64,000 bases of DNA from Candidatus Micrarchaeota archaeon (GCA_021804105.1 JAJZKP010000001.1:43168-107167), one strand, 5' to 3'; numbered from the stretch's first letter, positions 1 to 10,911 are shown. Program-made: numbers and translations. Notes: generated by a model from the sequence alone, not told the origin.

Positions 1-843
1 GCGGGCCACATAAGCGGAAGCGCCATAACCGAGATCGAAGGCAGGAAGGGCAGGGTCCTGGCTTATACTGGAGACTTCAAGCCCGAGTCGCAGACGCTTC
101 ACCATGGAGCCGAGATGGTAAAATGCGATGTACTGATCACTGAATCGACATATGCTATGAAAGACCATCCAGACAGGGCACAGCTGCGCAGTAAATTCAT
201 AGACCATGTGAAAGACGTTCTGGACTCGAACGGCGTTGCCCTGGTACCTGTCTTTGCCGTGGGCAGGGCGCAGGAGATGCTGGCCATGCTACAGGATGAA
301 GGGCTTGCAGACCGCGTATTTCTCGATGGAATGGCCAAGGCCGCCACCGAGATAGTCATGGATTACCACGGGTTCATAGACAATCCGCAGATTCTGCAGA
401 AGGCCATGGGCAATGCGAGGTGGATACAGACCCCGCGAGACCGGAGCCATGCCTTGGGAGGAGGGACAATAATACTCACTACTGCCGGTATGCTGAACGG
501 AGGACCTGTACTAAACTATATAACAAAGCTCAACAGGAACTCGCATATTTTCCTGACAGGATACCAGGCAGAGGGTACCAACGGCAGGAACCTTATAGAA
601 GGAAGGCCTTTAGAGATAGACGAGAGAACGGTAAGGATAAAGACTCCTTTCTCCTTCTATGATTTCTCTGCGCATGCTGGAAGAACAGATCTTTTTGACT
701 ATATAAGGAAAGCTGAGCCTGAGACCGTGATATGCGTCCACGGTGACAAGGACAATTCAGAGAAAATGAGCGAGGAGCTGAAGCTAGAGGGCTTTGATGC
801 CCATGCGCCGAAGATCGGTGAAAGGATGAGTATTGAGTTCTGA
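1..843 (+). CDS. beta-CASP metallo-beta-lactamase-fold ribonuclease (aCPSF2/RNase J-like), 5'-truncated by the window edge
   Basis: The frame is open from nt 1. It carries beta-CASP motifs (ESTY, VGRAQE, FSAHAG, VHGD). Confidence 0.8.
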   Translation, partial: AGHISGSAITEIEGRKGRVLAYTGDFKPESQTLHHGAEMVKCDVLITESTYAMKDHPDRAQLRSKFIDHVKDVLDSNGVALVPVFAVGRAQEMLAMLQDEGLADRVFLDGMAKAATEIVMDYHGFIDNPQILQKAMGNARWIQTPRDRSHALGGGTIILTTAGMLNGGPVLNYITKLNRNSHIFLTGYQAEGTNGRNLIEGRPLEIDERTVRIKTPFSFYDFSAHAGRTDLFDYIRKAEPETVICVHGDKDNSEKMSEELKLEGFDAHAPKIGERMSIEF

Positions 844-846
844 CCC

Positions 847-1194
847 TTACTCGTTGTACTCGTTGTCAGAGCTCTCAGGTTCCGATGCCACGTCTCCGCT
901 GCCTTTCTCAAGAACTTCTATCTTTCCGTACTTGCCAGTTGAGAGTTGCGGCGTGCCTTTGTACTCGCTGACATATCCGTTGGTTATCTTTATCTTGTCT
1001 CCAACGCCTATCGAGTCTATGTCCTTTTCCCAAAGCGATATTGATATGCTTCCGGTGTCGTCCTTAAGGGTAGCCTTTGCAACATTAAGTCTTTTTCCGT
1101 ATTTTGTAACGACCTCCCTGGGCTCCGACTTTTCCACTACTGTAGCTTCTATTTCGACGCTGCTTGCGCCGGCTTTTAACTCACTTATCTTCAC
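847..1194 (-). CDS. OB-fold single-stranded DNA-binding protein (SSB/RPA-like) with an acidic C-terminal tail
   Basis: 115 aa. It has an OB-fold-like beta pattern (VEIEATVVEKSEPREV...ATLKDDTGSISISLWE) and an acidic tail (SEPESSDNEYNE). Confidence 0.6.
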   Translation of the reverse strand: MKISELKAGASSVEIEATVVEKSEPREVVTKYGKRLNVAKATLKDDTGSISISLWEKDIDSIGVGDKIKITNGYVSEYKGTPQLSTGKYGKIEVLEKGSGDVASEPESSDNEYNE

Positions 1195-1284
1195 TTAAAT
1201 CACCATAAGTAGTAAAAGGTATTATTATGATACAGGTATATTAAACCGTTAGTAGGAGTTCCGCTTTTGTTTCAGGAAATAATG

Positions 1285-1641
1285 TCATCTGTGCATATCA
1301 GTGCTGCTGGGCTGGCCGTATAGCTTCTTCGCAACCTCCTCAAGTTTCCTTATGCTGCCGCTGCTCCTTATTGTGTAAAAGCCGACCTGCCTTCCGTTTA
1401 GCTGCTTTATGAAAGAGAGCGCGAGCGTGATGTGGCCCTCAGCGCCCCTGCTTGCCCTGATTACGAAGACCTTGCTGTTTATTTGCCTCATTACTTTCGG
1501 ACTAGAGTTCATGTACCCAAACTCGCCTATCACTTTTGCTATGCCCTCGGCCAGGCCTTTTTGCTCCTCCCTGAAAGAGAAATCCACGTCTTTCGAGGAT
1601 TCCACGAGCAGGTACCTGGATTTTCTCCTAGCTATCAACAT
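1285..1641 (-). CDS. rnp2: RNase P protein component 2 (Pop5 family)
   Basis: 118 aa with a Pop5-like N-terminus (RYLLVE). It lies directly downstream of, and overlaps, the Rpp30-like gene, as is typical in archaea. Confidence 0.65.
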   Translation of the reverse strand: MLIARRKSRYLLVESSKDVDFSFREEQKGLAEGIAKVIGEFGYMNSSPKVMRQINSKVFVIRASRGAEGHITLALSFIKQLNGRQVGFYTIRSSGSIRKLEEVAKKLYGQPSSTDMHR

Positions 1642-2143
1642 AATCGCCCATAATTGCCAATGCGCGCTTGGCCTTATCTTCAGGCATGCCCAGGAACATG
1701 GCTATCTCCATGAGTTGGTTTGTGGAGAGCAGGTAATCAGCGCTCTTAGCCCCTGAGATGAATGTTATATTGCACCTAGCCATCATAGCGGCCCGTACAA
1801 GTCCGCGGATTCTTCCTATGTTCCTGTATCTTTCCGAAGCGCTGGGGGCGAATATGCAGCTTATGTTTATGACTATGGGTTTCTCGGCCTCCCTAGCGGC
1901 TGCAAGGACCTTCGCTATTATCTCATTGTCCTCGAAGGATATGCCTATTACATCCTGGTTCCTTATGGCCTTCATAAGCAAGATGGTGTCCTTGCTACAG
2001 ACTATCTGATTCTTTCCCTGCTGCATTGGCTGCTGCGTGACATAGATATCTCTGCCCATTGCATACACCATTGAGAATCCGAGCCTTGAGGCGAGCGCGG
2101 AGCCGACTCCCTCGGCCATATCAACGACATCAAATAATCTCAT
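1628..2143 (-). CDS. rnp3: RNase P protein component 3 (Rpp30 family)
   Basis: 171 aa with a TIM-barrel-like Rpp30 pattern. It overlaps the Pop5 gene by 14 nt. Confidence 0.65.
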   Translation of the reverse strand: MRLFDVVDMAEGVGSALASRLGFSMVYAMGRDIYVTQQPMQQGKNQIVCSKDTILLMKAIRNQDVIGISFEDNEIIAKVLAAAREAEKPIVINISCIFAPSASERYRNIGRIRGLVRAAMMARCNITFISGAKSADYLLSTNQLMEIAMFLGMPEDKAKRALAIMGDYVDS

Positions 2144-2170
2144 GTACTGACTTCTCTTTAGCAGGAACTG

Positions 2171-2545
2171 TCAGGCGCTGGGTTGTGGTCTGCCCTGCTG
2201 GTAAATGCTTGTTATCTTCTCGCCTAGCTGCTTCTCCCTGGCCTTAAGCTCGTTGTACTGCTTTGTAGCTGATTGTATTCTTACCTCGGTTAGTTCTGAT
2301 CTCTCTTTTATGTCTGCCTGTGCCTTCTCCTTGCTTGTCTCAACTATAACTCCGCCCACAGTCAGGTAAACTTTGCCCTCGGCCTTGTCTATCTCGGATT
2401 TTGCGCGATCAAGGTCTGCCTTGGCGCCATGGAGCTGGTCGAGCTGCAGCGCGGAGTTGCGAAGCTGCTCCTGGAGCATTTGGTAATCCCTGACCATCTT
2501 TTCTATATCCTGGGGGTTCGGAGCCGCTCCGCTTGTAGTTGCCAT
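2171..2545 (-). CDS. pfdB: prefoldin beta subunit
   Basis: 124 aa with a coiled coil / beta hairpin / coiled coil layout (YQMLQEQL...VYLTVGGVIVETSKEKA...). Confidence 0.8.
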   Translation of the reverse strand: MATTSGAAPNPQDIEKMVRDYQMLQEQLRNSALQLDQLHGAKADLDRAKSEIDKAEGKVYLTVGGVIVETSKEKAQADIKERSELTEVRIQSATKQYNELKAREKQLGEKITSIYQQGRPQPSA

Positions 2546-2630
2546 TGTATCTGTTATTCATTGTAGCTGCAACATTATTAATCTTCTCGTATAATATTAA
2601 ACCATATCGTATTGCCTATTTGTGTTAGCG

Positions 2631-3104
2631 ATGGAACTGAATGAATCTGAATTGATAGAGAAGGAGATCACGCTCAGAAACATGCGCCTAACCGGAGAGG
2701 TACTCGAAACGCGAAGGTCGTCGATAAGGTGGCTGGCGCTTTCCCTTGGAGTACTCAACCCGGGCGAGTCCAGGCTCAGCGCACTTGCCGTGCTCGACGC
2801 ACTGGTGCATTTTCAGTTCGTGAAGAATGTTGACCCTGATGTAAAGGCCATCACGGAATACATCAACGCAAACTGGGAGGAGATTAATGAGAAGACGCTC
2901 AGATATCACCTTCTCAGGATGAAGAAGATGGGTCTAGTAGAGAATGAGCAGGGCAAGTTCTATTTCACTAGGCCCAGCATAGGCGACAGGTTTGACGCGG
3001 CAACATGGTCATCAAGCCTCTTTGATTCCGATTACAGGGACATCTCAAGGAAGATAGGGGATGTAATAAAGAGCATAAAGGACAAGGAACGCTCAAACAA
3101 GTGA
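2631..3104 (+). CDS. winged-helix DNA-binding protein, putative transcriptional regulator
   Basis: A wHTH-like segment is present (TLRYHLLRMKKMGLVENEQGKFYF). I use the ATG at 2631; the tracked ORF starts at GTG 2622. Confidence 0.45.
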   Translation: MELNESELIEKEITLRNMRLTGEVLETRRSSIRWLALSLGVLNPGESRLSALAVLDALVHFQFVKNVDPDVKAITEYINANWEEINEKTLRYHLLRMKKMGLVENEQGKFYFTRPSIGDRFDAATWSSSLFDSDYRDISRKIGDVIKSIKDKERSNK

Positions 3105-3108
3105 TATT

Positions 3109-4743
3109 ATGAAGAACGAGATTTACCTATGGGTGGCGCTCATTGTAGTAATCATAGCAGTAGCGCTTTACATCAGGTTCGACTATGGGCCTTCGATCTC
3201 AATGAAGGTAGGCTTGACAAGATATAGCTCAGCTACTGCTGCTGTCTATCCGGAGCAGGAATTGTTCTTCAATGTATCGATCAATAATACGGGGTCCTCG
3301 CCCATCAACCAACTAGGGATAGACATGCTAGTTAACGGCAACATAACCAATGTGTATGATGCATCCGTACCGCAAGGAAAGGTAGGTTATGCAAGTATAA
3401 ACTACACTCCTCCGGCAAGCGGCGTGTACAATGTGACAGTAATAGCAGACCCTGGCAAGCTCTACAACATAAACAACAGGAAGGACACCGTGGCTACAAT
3501 TGTCTTCACGGTAAGCCAGCTCCAGAAGCCCCAGGCTTACCTTTCGCTCCCGGCGGGTAGCGCCAACTCGGTGAGCACGCAGAACTTTGACACGCTTGGA
3601 TTCGCATGGTACTCTTTCCTAAATAGTAACTATAACATGCAACGGTTCAATGTTACCGGCCTGCCAGGGCTGTCAGGCTTCAGGACCGCGCTGGATTATT
3701 TGGGGAGCTATACCGAGAACATGAGTGTGGCGCATGCAGTATACAAGAATGGCAGTTCCGTTTATTCCATTTGGATGAATCCTGGTTCCTACAGGAACAT
3801 ACTGCCATCAAATATCATAGGCATATCTGCAGAGGGCATAAACTTGACAGTACGCAACGAGACTGTAGGAAACATTAGTGTTACGCTAGTGAGCCTGAAG
3901 GATAACGAATCGTTGTGCAGCTGGAATTCAGGAGGATGGATAAAGATGGTGGCTTCCGAGGGCAACGGCACCTGTATAGGAATGATAAATGACAATTCCA
4001 CCATGTTCGCCCCTAAGGCAATACCAGGGGTTAAGTTGGTGCCTCCGCTTATAAGCGGGTTTGTGATAGCCAATGATACAGTAACCTCAGGGAATATTAT
4101 GAGCGAGAGTTACTCGGCCCTATTCAACCAGTCAATAGACTTCGCAAGCGTTACGGAGAACCTTGGCACAAACAGCACATGCTTCGGAGAAATCAGCACG
4201 GTAAACAATGTGAGTTATTGCAGCAGCTTCGTCTTCCCGACCAATGGGACTGAGAAGCCGCCTTATCTGATAAGGACAAGGGCTAGCGTCGGGAATTATA
4301 ACCTGACCCTTCTATGGCGCACTAATTACTCGCTGATAACATCTCTGGTGCCGAGGGAGATATCAGTATTGGAAGGATACAACGCCATAGGCAGTTCCGT
4401 GGCGTTTTCCAATGGCATACCTCCCCAATGCTCCATAGATAATTTTGGATGCGGCAATGCGACCTACGCGAATGGAACGCTTAGATTTAGGCTGCTGAAC
4501 CCCAATGCAACATCTTCGGTAAGGCTTGACAGCATAGGCTGCGTCTTCCTAGGTGCGACCATACCGACAACATTGAACATGACACTGCCAGCACTAGGAA
4601 TAGCAAACGTGAGCACAACATGCTACAACCAGGGCAAGGTAGCGGCAAGCCTACTCACGGGCATGGCATTCACGCTGCGCCTCAACTACACAGAGTCAAA
4701 CACGCTTCACAGCGTAAACGGCACGGTTTACGTGTTGGGATAA
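3109..4743 (+). CDS. membrane-anchored extracellular protein rich in N-glycosylation sequons
   Basis: 544 aa with an N-terminal TM helix (LWVALIVVIIAVALYI) and dozens of N-x-S/T sequons. I recognise no enzymatic motif. Confidence 0.6.
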   Translation: MKNEIYLWVALIVVIIAVALYIRFDYGPSISMKVGLTRYSSATAAVYPEQELFFNVSINNTGSSPINQLGIDMLVNGNITNVYDASVPQGKVGYASINYTPPASGVYNVTVIADPGKLYNINNRKDTVATIVFTVSQLQKPQAYLSLPAGSANSVSTQNFDTLGFAWYSFLNSNYNMQRFNVTGLPGLSGFRTALDYLGSYTENMSVAHAVYKNGSSVYSIWMNPGSYRNILPSNIIGISAEGINLTVRNETVGNISVTLVSLKDNESLCSWNSGGWIKMVASEGNGTCIGMINDNSTMFAPKAIPGVKLVPPLISGFVIANDTVTSGNIMSESYSALFNQSIDFASVTENLGTNSTCFGEISTVNNVSYCSSFVFPTNGTEKPPYLIRTRASVGNYNLTLLWRTNYSLITSLVPREISVLEGYNAIGSSVAFSNGIPPQCSIDNFGCGNATYANGTLRFRLLNPNATSSVRLDSIGCVFLGATIPTTLNMTLPALGIANVSTTCYNQGKVAASLLTGMAFTLRLNYTESNTLHSVNGTVYVLG

Positions 4744-4770
4744 TTTGTTTTCAGTAGTAGCGTGACGGAA

Positions 4771-7530
4771 ATGCCTGGCCCTTATGAAATATTCCTTCGC
4801 TCGTTCGGCGGCTTTACTGAGATACAGAGGATCTCCCTAAGTGCAGTGGGATCTGGGAAGAATTGCCTGATAACAGCCCCCACAGGTAGCGGAAAGACAG
4901 AGGCCGCGCTGATACCTATACTAAACAATATCTACAAGAAGAATGAGCGGAAAGGCATCCAGGCAGTGTATATAACACCCCTGAGGGCACTTAACAGGGA
5001 CCTGATAAGAAGGCTTGAAGGCATATGCGGTGAAACAGGAATAACAGTCAATGTGAGGCACGGTGACACCACAGCGCTGGAGAGGAAGAAGCAGGCGGAG
5101 AGCCCGCCGCAGCTGCTTATAACCACGCCCGAGAGCCTGCAGAACCTTTTCCTGTCAGGCAGGCTCAGGAAGGCCCTGGAAAATGTGAGATACGTGTTGG
5201 TGGATGAAGTCCATGAATTGTACTATAATAAGCGGGGCGCGCAGCTCTCAGTGGCGCTTGAGCGGCTCAGGGCCGTGGCAGGCGAGTTCCAGAGAGTTGG
5301 GATAAGTGCTACTGTAGGAAATGCAAGCGAAGTATCAAGGTTCCTTTTCGGGGGCAGGGAGCACCAGACAGTCATGTCGCCGCTTTCCAAGGAATTTGAG
5401 ATAGGCATAGAGATACCCATGATACCTATCAAGGAGAACAAGAAGTTCTCAGATATGTTTGGTCTGGACAAGCAAACCCTGGCGAGAATCGAGAGGGTAT
5501 CCCAGCTTATCGGGAAATCAGCAGCTACCATTATCTTCACAAATACGCGACAGGTTGCCGAGTCTCTTGGCAGCAAGTTGCTTTACCTTGAGAAAGAGGA
5601 TCCGTTCGGGGGTGTTGGCGTGCACCATAGTTCTCTCGACAGGGATGAGCGCATCCGGGTGGAAAACGCATTCAAGGAGGGAAAGATAAAGGGCATTGTT
5701 GCCACAAGCTCCCTTGAACTTGGAATAGATGTAGGCAAGGTCGACCTTGTGGTTCAGTACGGATCTCCCAAGCAGTCTATAAGATTGATACAGCGCGTTG
5801 GGAGGGCAGGCCATTCGGAAAAGCGGGCGGCGCGTGGGCGCATCCTTGTGGCAGAGGTTATGGACGCAATTGAAGCGGAAGTAATCGCAAGGAACGTGCT
5901 TGGGGGGAAACTTGAATCGCACGAGATGGAGGTTGGGGCGCTTGACGTTGCAGTCAACCAGATATGTGCTATAACAATGGAGTACAAGAAGGTAGATGCG
6001 GCAAGGATATATGAGATAATCCACTCTGCGGCCCCATACAGCGACATGAGCAAGGAGGGTTTTGAGAGGCTACTTTCTTTTGCGAACGAACTGAAGCTGA
6101 TAAGGTATTTGGATGGGAAGGTGGGAATGGGGAGTAGGAGCATGAACTATTTCTTTAGCAATATCAGCGTAATACCAGACAGCAAGAGGTTCTTGGTGAA
6201 GAACGTCATAAGCAATAAGGTCGTCTCATCCCTTGACGAACATTTTGTCTACAGTTATCTGGACTCAGGATCATCTTTCATCAGCAGGGGAGAGCCATGG
6301 AGGGTAGTAAGCATAGACGAGGGCACAATATTCGTGGAGCCGAGCAGCGACATGGAGGCTGCGGTGCCCGACTGGGAAGGGGAGGATATACCCGTATCGA
6401 GGAACGTTGCCTCTGCGGTCTTCTCCACATTTGGAAAGACATACAACGGATTCGGTTTGATGGATGATGAGGCACTCAGGAAGGTCTCCGGATTTGTTTC
6501 TTCCCAGTACAAGCATTTCGTCCCCTCAAGCGGGAAGGTTTTTGTAGAGGAGATGGACAGCTATTCTGTGATCTTTCTTGCTCTTGGAAAGTTGGCCAAC
6601 GAGTTTCTTTCCAGGGTAATGTCGGCGACGCTTGCGCAGAGCTATCCAGGGATTTTGATGCGTGCCACGCCGTATGCCATAGTGGTAGAGTATGGGGACT
6701 CGGGCAGAAAGCCAGACATGAGAAAGGCATTCGCCCTACTGGCAGAGGGGCTTTCTCCGGAACATATGCGGAATATAGCTTCTGGTTCAGACTTGTTCAG
6801 GTACAAGTTCGTACAGGTGGCGAAGCTGTTCGGGATCTTGGATAAGAAAGCCGCGCTTACCAGGTCTGCGGTAATGAGGCTCATAGATTTCTACAGGGAT
6901 TCCGTAGTGTTCGACGAGGCCCTTAGGGACCTTAACAAGAATTATTTTGACGCAGGAGAGGTGGCATCATTCCTCAAGGACCTCAAACATGGCAAAATAT
7001 CTGTGGAATTCGTGCGCTCTCCAGGATCGCCCTTGGCGCAGGAGATTCTGAGGTCTGCATATCACTACAAGGAACTTCTGATGCCGAACTTGCCGAACGA
7101 CCGGGATGTGGAGACTTTCAGGTCGTCTATGGAAAATAGGGAAGTAAAGCTGCTTTGCACTTTCTGCGGTTTTGTTTCTGAGGAGAAGATAGGACTGGAT
7201 AAGGATGAGGGATACTTATGCCATTCGTGCAAGAGCCAGATGCTCGCAACATTCAGGCAGGAGTATGAGGATGCTGTCCTGAAGAAAATAGGGGGAAAAC
7301 GGATGACCCAGAGGGAGCATGTGCACTATGAAGATGCGCTAAGAGAAGCAGGGCTGATAAGCGCTTATGGAAACAGGGCAGTCATAGCCTTAGGCACATA
7401 TGGCATCGGTCTGTCTACAGCGGCAAGGCTCCTTAGGTACATGAGGAGGGACTTCAGATGGTTCTTTGCTGACCTCTTAGAAGCTCAGAAAACCTTTGTG
7501 CGTACAAAGAGGTTCTGGAGGAGGGGATAG
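4771..7530 (+). CDS. lhr: Lhr-type (Lhr-core) SF2 ATP-dependent helicase with a C-terminal CxxC...CxxC zinc ribbon
   Basis: Helicase motifs are APTGSGKT, DEVH, SAT, HHSSL and QRVGRAGH. The C-terminus has CTFCG...CHSC. I use the ATG at 4771; GTG 4762 is an alternative. Confidence 0.85.
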   Translation: MPGPYEIFLRSFGGFTEIQRISLSAVGSGKNCLITAPTGSGKTEAALIPILNNIYKKNERKGIQAVYITPLRALNRDLIRRLEGICGETGITVNVRHGDTTALERKKQAESPPQLLITTPESLQNLFLSGRLRKALENVRYVLVDEVHELYYNKRGAQLSVALERLRAVAGEFQRVGISATVGNASEVSRFLFGGREHQTVMSPLSKEFEIGIEIPMIPIKENKKFSDMFGLDKQTLARIERVSQLIGKSAATIIFTNTRQVAESLGSKLLYLEKEDPFGGVGVHHSSLDRDERIRVENAFKEGKIKGIVATSSLELGIDVGKVDLVVQYGSPKQSIRLIQRVGRAGHSEKRAARGRILVAEVMDAIEAEVIARNVLGGKLESHEMEVGALDVAVNQICAITMEYKKVDAARIYEIIHSAAPYSDMSKEGFERLLSFANELKLIRYLDGKVGMGSRSMNYFFSNISVIPDSKRFLVKNVISNKVVSSLDEHFVYSYLDSGSSFISRGEPWRVVSIDEGTIFVEPSSDMEAAVPDWEGEDIPVSRNVASAVFSTFGKTYNGFGLMDDEALRKVSGFVSSQYKHFVPSSGKVFVEEMDSYSVIFLALGKLANEFLSRVMSATLAQSYPGILMRATPYAIVVEYGDSGRKPDMRKAFALLAEGLSPEHMRNIASGSDLFRYKFVQVAKLFGILDKKAALTRSAVMRLIDFYRDSVVFDEALRDLNKNYFDAGEVASFLKDLKHGKISVEFVRSPGSPLAQEILRSAYHYKELLMPNLPNDRDVETFRSSMENREVKLLCTFCGFVSEEKIGLDKDEGYLCHSCKSQMLATFRQEYEDAVLKKIGGKRMTQREHVHYEDALREAGLISAYGNRAVIALGTYGIGLSTAARLLRYMRRDFRWFFADLLEAQKTFVRTKRFWRRG

Positions 7531-7861
7531 GTATGGGATTTGAAAGCTTAAGCCTTCCTGCAGAATCAATTTTGCCCCTTATGCGGTCAAGGACGGATTC
7601 TACAATATCGCTGCGCTCTTCTTCTGTTACAGCGCCTTTGGCGTAAAGGATATCAACGGCAACCCATTCGCACGCCTCTTTGTATGCCCAACGCGTATTA
7701 ATTTTGAAAGAGTCCTGCTTCCCAAAATCTATAAACATGTCATTTATCAGGCTCTGCTTCAACGTTACCTTTTCCTCCATGGCTTTGTTAGGTCTAAGAT
7801 TGAGCACGCGCTCTATTTCAGCATTTATAGTGTGTTTCCTTGTGTGCGACATTGCTTGCAT
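7454..7861 (-). CDS. small protein with a SHOCT-like motif, paralog of 8029..8361
   Basis: It shares the motif W-A-D-L--KG--T-EE with the neighbouring ORF (WVAVDILYAKGAVTEEERSDIV vs WAALDMLLSKGSITQEEYDSEI). Its 3' tail overlaps the lhr 3' end by 77 nt. Confidence 0.45.
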   Translation of the reverse strand: MQAMSHTRKHTINAEIERVLNLRPNKAMEEKVTLKQSLINDMFIDFGKQDSFKINTRWAYKEACEWVAVDILYAKGAVTEEERSDIVESVLDRIRGKIDSAGRLKLSNPIPIPSSRTSLYAQRFSELLRGQQRTI

Positions 7862-8028
7862 GTTTATCTACCGTCCATAACTTCTAATGCGTATTGCCAC
7901 TGATGCATACGGCATTCTATCGAAGTTGATACGTTGCCAGGTGTTTGTTTTTGTGGATATGCCATGTTATTCAGCGTGTTAAATGCAATCCGCTTCGGGG
8001 CTGCTTTCCTAGAAGAGGCTCTTTGATG

Positions 8029-8361
8029 TCACGTGCTGGAGCACGATTTACGTATGCTATTCATTATACGCGATATTTCAGAGTCATATTCTTCCTGGGT
8101 TATTGAGCCCTTGGATAGCAGCATGTCTAGAGCAGCCCATCTTCGCGATCTTGTGTTAACTTCTGAGTTGTACGTGGCAAAAAGCTGCCTTACCAAATCG
8201 TTTTTGTCCTCAGTTCTTCTGTCAAGTTCTACTGATACCCTCTCGGAGTGCGAACCTAGCATTTCTCTCACCATGCCCTCTAGGCGGGCGTTCCGTGCCA
8301 TCGTTGATCTTACTACCATAGAACCAGCAATATTAGTCTGGGAGTTCAGTTGGGTACTCAC
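8029..8361 (-). CDS. small protein with a SHOCT-like motif, paralog of 7454..7861
   Basis: 110 aa. It lies 72 nt downstream of the gyrA stop on the same strand. Confidence 0.5.
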   Translation of the reverse strand: MSTQLNSQTNIAGSMVVRSTMARNARLEGMVREMLGSHSERVSVELDRRTEDKNDLVRQLFATYNSEVNTRSRRWAALDMLLSKGSITQEEYDSEISRIMNSIRKSCSST

Positions 8362-8433
8362 CGGTAAACGGATGAGGCTTCCTGCTCACCTTGTTAATTA
8401 AAGTTTTCCCAGTTATAAATATTTTCTCTAGAA

Positions 8434-10911
8434 TCATGCTTGATCCGGAGGAAGGGATGGCGCCTGGATGTCGGGCTGGTTTATAGATTCGTCTTTACGT
8501 ATCACGCGTGCGTCGACTACCTTGGACCCCTTTTCCAGCTTCATTAGTCTCACGCCGCTGGCAGCCCTGCCAGTTACCCGTATGGATTCTATGGGGATGG
8601 TAATACTGATTCCGTTGGAATTTATCAGCATTAGATTCTGCTCTCCGCTTACGAAAAGGGCTTTTGACACGGGACCGGTCTTCTCGTTTGTCTTTATGTT
8701 AAGGACTCCTCCGCCTCCGCGGCCCTGCGTCCTGTATTTGGATATGTCTGTAAGCTTTCCGTATCCGTTCTCTGTTATGGTGAGTATGCTTCCCGAGTCT
8801 GTTCCGGAAATTATGTTCTTGGCCATATCTCTATCTTTCAGCCTTATCCCGCGCACGCCTGCGGCAGTCCTTCCGATCTGCCTCAGCTCCTCTTCCTCGA
8901 ATTTTATGGATTTTCCGTTCTTTGTGAGTATTATTAGGTACTTGTCGCCTGAATATATTATTACATCGGATATTTCATCTCCTTCCCGCAGATGTATTGC
9001 ACGCACGCCGTTGGATCTCGGCTTTGAGAATAGGATAGCGTCGGTTTTCTTGACTATACCCTTGGTAGTCAGGAACGCTATGTTAGATTTTTGGACCTTG
9101 TTTATGTCAAGCATTACTACTATCTTTTCATCCTGCCCTAGGCTTAGCAGGTTGACTATAGCCTTGCCTGAGCTGTACCTACCGCTTTCAGGTATGTTGT
9201 ATGCCTTTATCCAGTATGCCCTTCCGGCATTAGATATGCAGAGCAGATGGTCCTTGTTGTTGCATGTTAGTATCTCCTTTACGTAATCGCCTTCTGTCAG
9301 GTTTATGGCTATGACCCCACGGCCCCCTCGGCCTTGCTCCCTGAAGCTTGTTATACTCTGCCGCTTTACATAGCCTTTGTTTGTCATTATGACAGTGACA
9401 CGCTCGTTGGTTATCATGTCCTCTTCGGTTATGTCCAGTGGTTCGTCGATGTTTAGTATTTCTGTTCGCCTGGCCTTGCCGAATTGCTTCTTCACATCAA
9501 TTGTTTCCTCTTTTATTATTCGATCAACCCTTTCCGGCTGCTCTGTAATCGCTTTGTAGTATGATACCCTTGTTTCCAGGTCGGACTTCTCCTTGTTCAG
9601 GGACTCGTTTTCCAAGTGGGTAAGCCTGCTGAGCTTCATGTCAAGTATTGCATTTGCTTGTTTCTCAGAGAGTCCGTAATCTGACATTAGTTTTGCCCTT
9701 GCCTGCCCTATTTCCCCGCTTGCCCTTATGTCATTGATTATTTCGTCTATCCTATTTATCGCGAGCAGCAGCCCATCAACTATATGGAGCCTGTCGCCTG
9801 CCATCTTTAATTCATATTTGCTTCTTTTCAGCACAACTTCCCTCCTGTAATCAATGAATGTGGTGATCATGCTCAGTATGTTGAGGCTTTCCAGTTTCTT
9901 CCCAACTACAGCAAGGTTGATTATAGGAAATGTAACTTCCATTTGCGTGTGTTTGTAGAGCATATTTAGAATCTGCTCCGGGTTAGCATCCTCCTTAAGG
10001 TCTATAGTTATGTGAATGCCATGTTTATCGCTCTCGTCGCGCAGGTCTCTTATTCCGACTACACGTTTATCTCTGACAAGCTCAGCTATTGTTTGGATTA
10101 GCGCGGATTTGTTGACATTGTATGGAATTTCGCGTACTGTTATCTTTCTCTTCTTCTCGTCTATATCAGCTTTTGCCCTCACGGTAGTCTGGCCGCGTCC
10201 GTGCCTGTACCCGGCGTAAGCATTCTGTGACATTATTGCTATTCCGCCAGTGGGGAAGTCGGGGCCCTTTACTATTCCAAGTAGATCTTCTACGGTGGCT
10301 CCCTTGTGTTCAAGTACGTGCACTATGGCATCGCATATCTCGTTCAGGTTGTGTGGCGGTATGCTCGTAGCTACGCCTACGGCTATTCCAGAAGCTCCAT
10401 TAACAAGCAGGTTGGGGATTTTAGAGGGTAATGTGCTGGGTTCTGTTTCCGTGTTGTCGAAATTAGGGGTAAAGTCCACAGTCTCCTTATCCAAGTCATT
10501 TAACATTTCCTCGGCAATCTTGGTAAGCCTTACTTCTGTATATCGCTGTGCGGCAGGAGGGTCCCCATCTATAGATCCCATGTTTCCCTGGCCTTCAACA
10601 AGCAGGTGGTGCATTGAAAAGTCCTGTGCCATCCTTACAAGTGCATCATAAACTGCAAGGTCACCATGCGGGTGGTATTTTCCTATTACTTCACCGACTA
10701 TCCTTGCGCTCTTCTTTGTCGGAAGGTTGTGGAAATTCTTAAGGCCGTACATGCTGTAGAGTATTCTTCTCTGCACCGGCTTGAGCCCGTCCCTTGCATC
10801 AGGTATAGCCCTGCCTATGATAACGCTCATTGCGTAGTCGATGTAGCTTGTCTGCAGCTCATCGTCCAGTGGAACGTTTTTTGTTTCCCTCAAGGCATCA
10901 CTATATGTCAA
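8434..10911 (-). CDS. gyrA: DNA gyrase subunit A
   Basis: 825 aa. The N-terminus is canonical ([31 protein letters not shown]) and the active-site region (AAQRYTE) is present. C-terminal beta-pinwheel repeats are also present. Confidence 0.95.
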   Translation of the reverse strand: MTYSDALRETKNVPLDDELQTSYIDYAMSVIIGRAIPDARDGLKPVQRRILYSMYGLKNFHNLPTKKSARIVGEVIGKYHPHGDLAVYDALVRMAQDFSMHHLLVEGQGNMGSIDGDPPAAQRYTEVRLTKIAEEMLNDLDKETVDFTPNFDNTETEPSTLPSKIPNLLVNGASGIAVGVATSIPPHNLNEICDAIVHVLEHKGATVEDLLGIVKGPDFPTGGIAIMSQNAYAGYRHGRGQTTVRAKADIDEKKRKITVREIPYNVNKSALIQTIAELVRDKRVVGIRDLRDESDKHGIHITIDLKEDANPEQILNMLYKHTQMEVTFPIINLAVVGKKLESLNILSMITTFIDYRREVVLKRSKYELKMAGDRLHIVDGLLLAINRIDEIINDIRASGEIGQARAKLMSDYGLSEKQANAILDMKLSRLTHLENESLNKEKSDLETRVSYYKAITEQPERVDRIIKEETIDVKKQFGKARRTEILNIDEPLDITEEDMITNERVTVIMTNKGYVKRQSITSFREQGRGGRGVIAINLTEGDYVKEILTCNNKDHLLCISNAGRAYWIKAYNIPESGRYSSGKAIVNLLSLGQDEKIVVMLDINKVQKSNIAFLTTKGIVKKTDAILFSKPRSNGVRAIHLREGDEISDVIIYSGDKYLIILTKNGKSIKFEEEELRQIGRTAAGVRGIRLKDRDMAKNIISGTDSGSILTITENGYGKLTDISKYRTQGRGGGGVLNIKTNEKTGPVSKALFVSGEQNLMLINSNGISITIPIESIRVTGRAASGVRLMKLEKGSKVVDARVIRKDESINQPDIQAPSLPPDQA

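Noticed and set aside
7862-8028. An intergenic region containing CTGATGC-like strings, checked for a C/D box sRNA. Other gaps over 150 nt were checked for structured RNAs (RNase P RNA, SRP RNA).
   Set aside because: There are no proper C (RUGAUGA) and D (CUGA) box pairs with terminal stems, and I could see no extended conserved-looking helices. Nothing is supportable without covariance-model searches.
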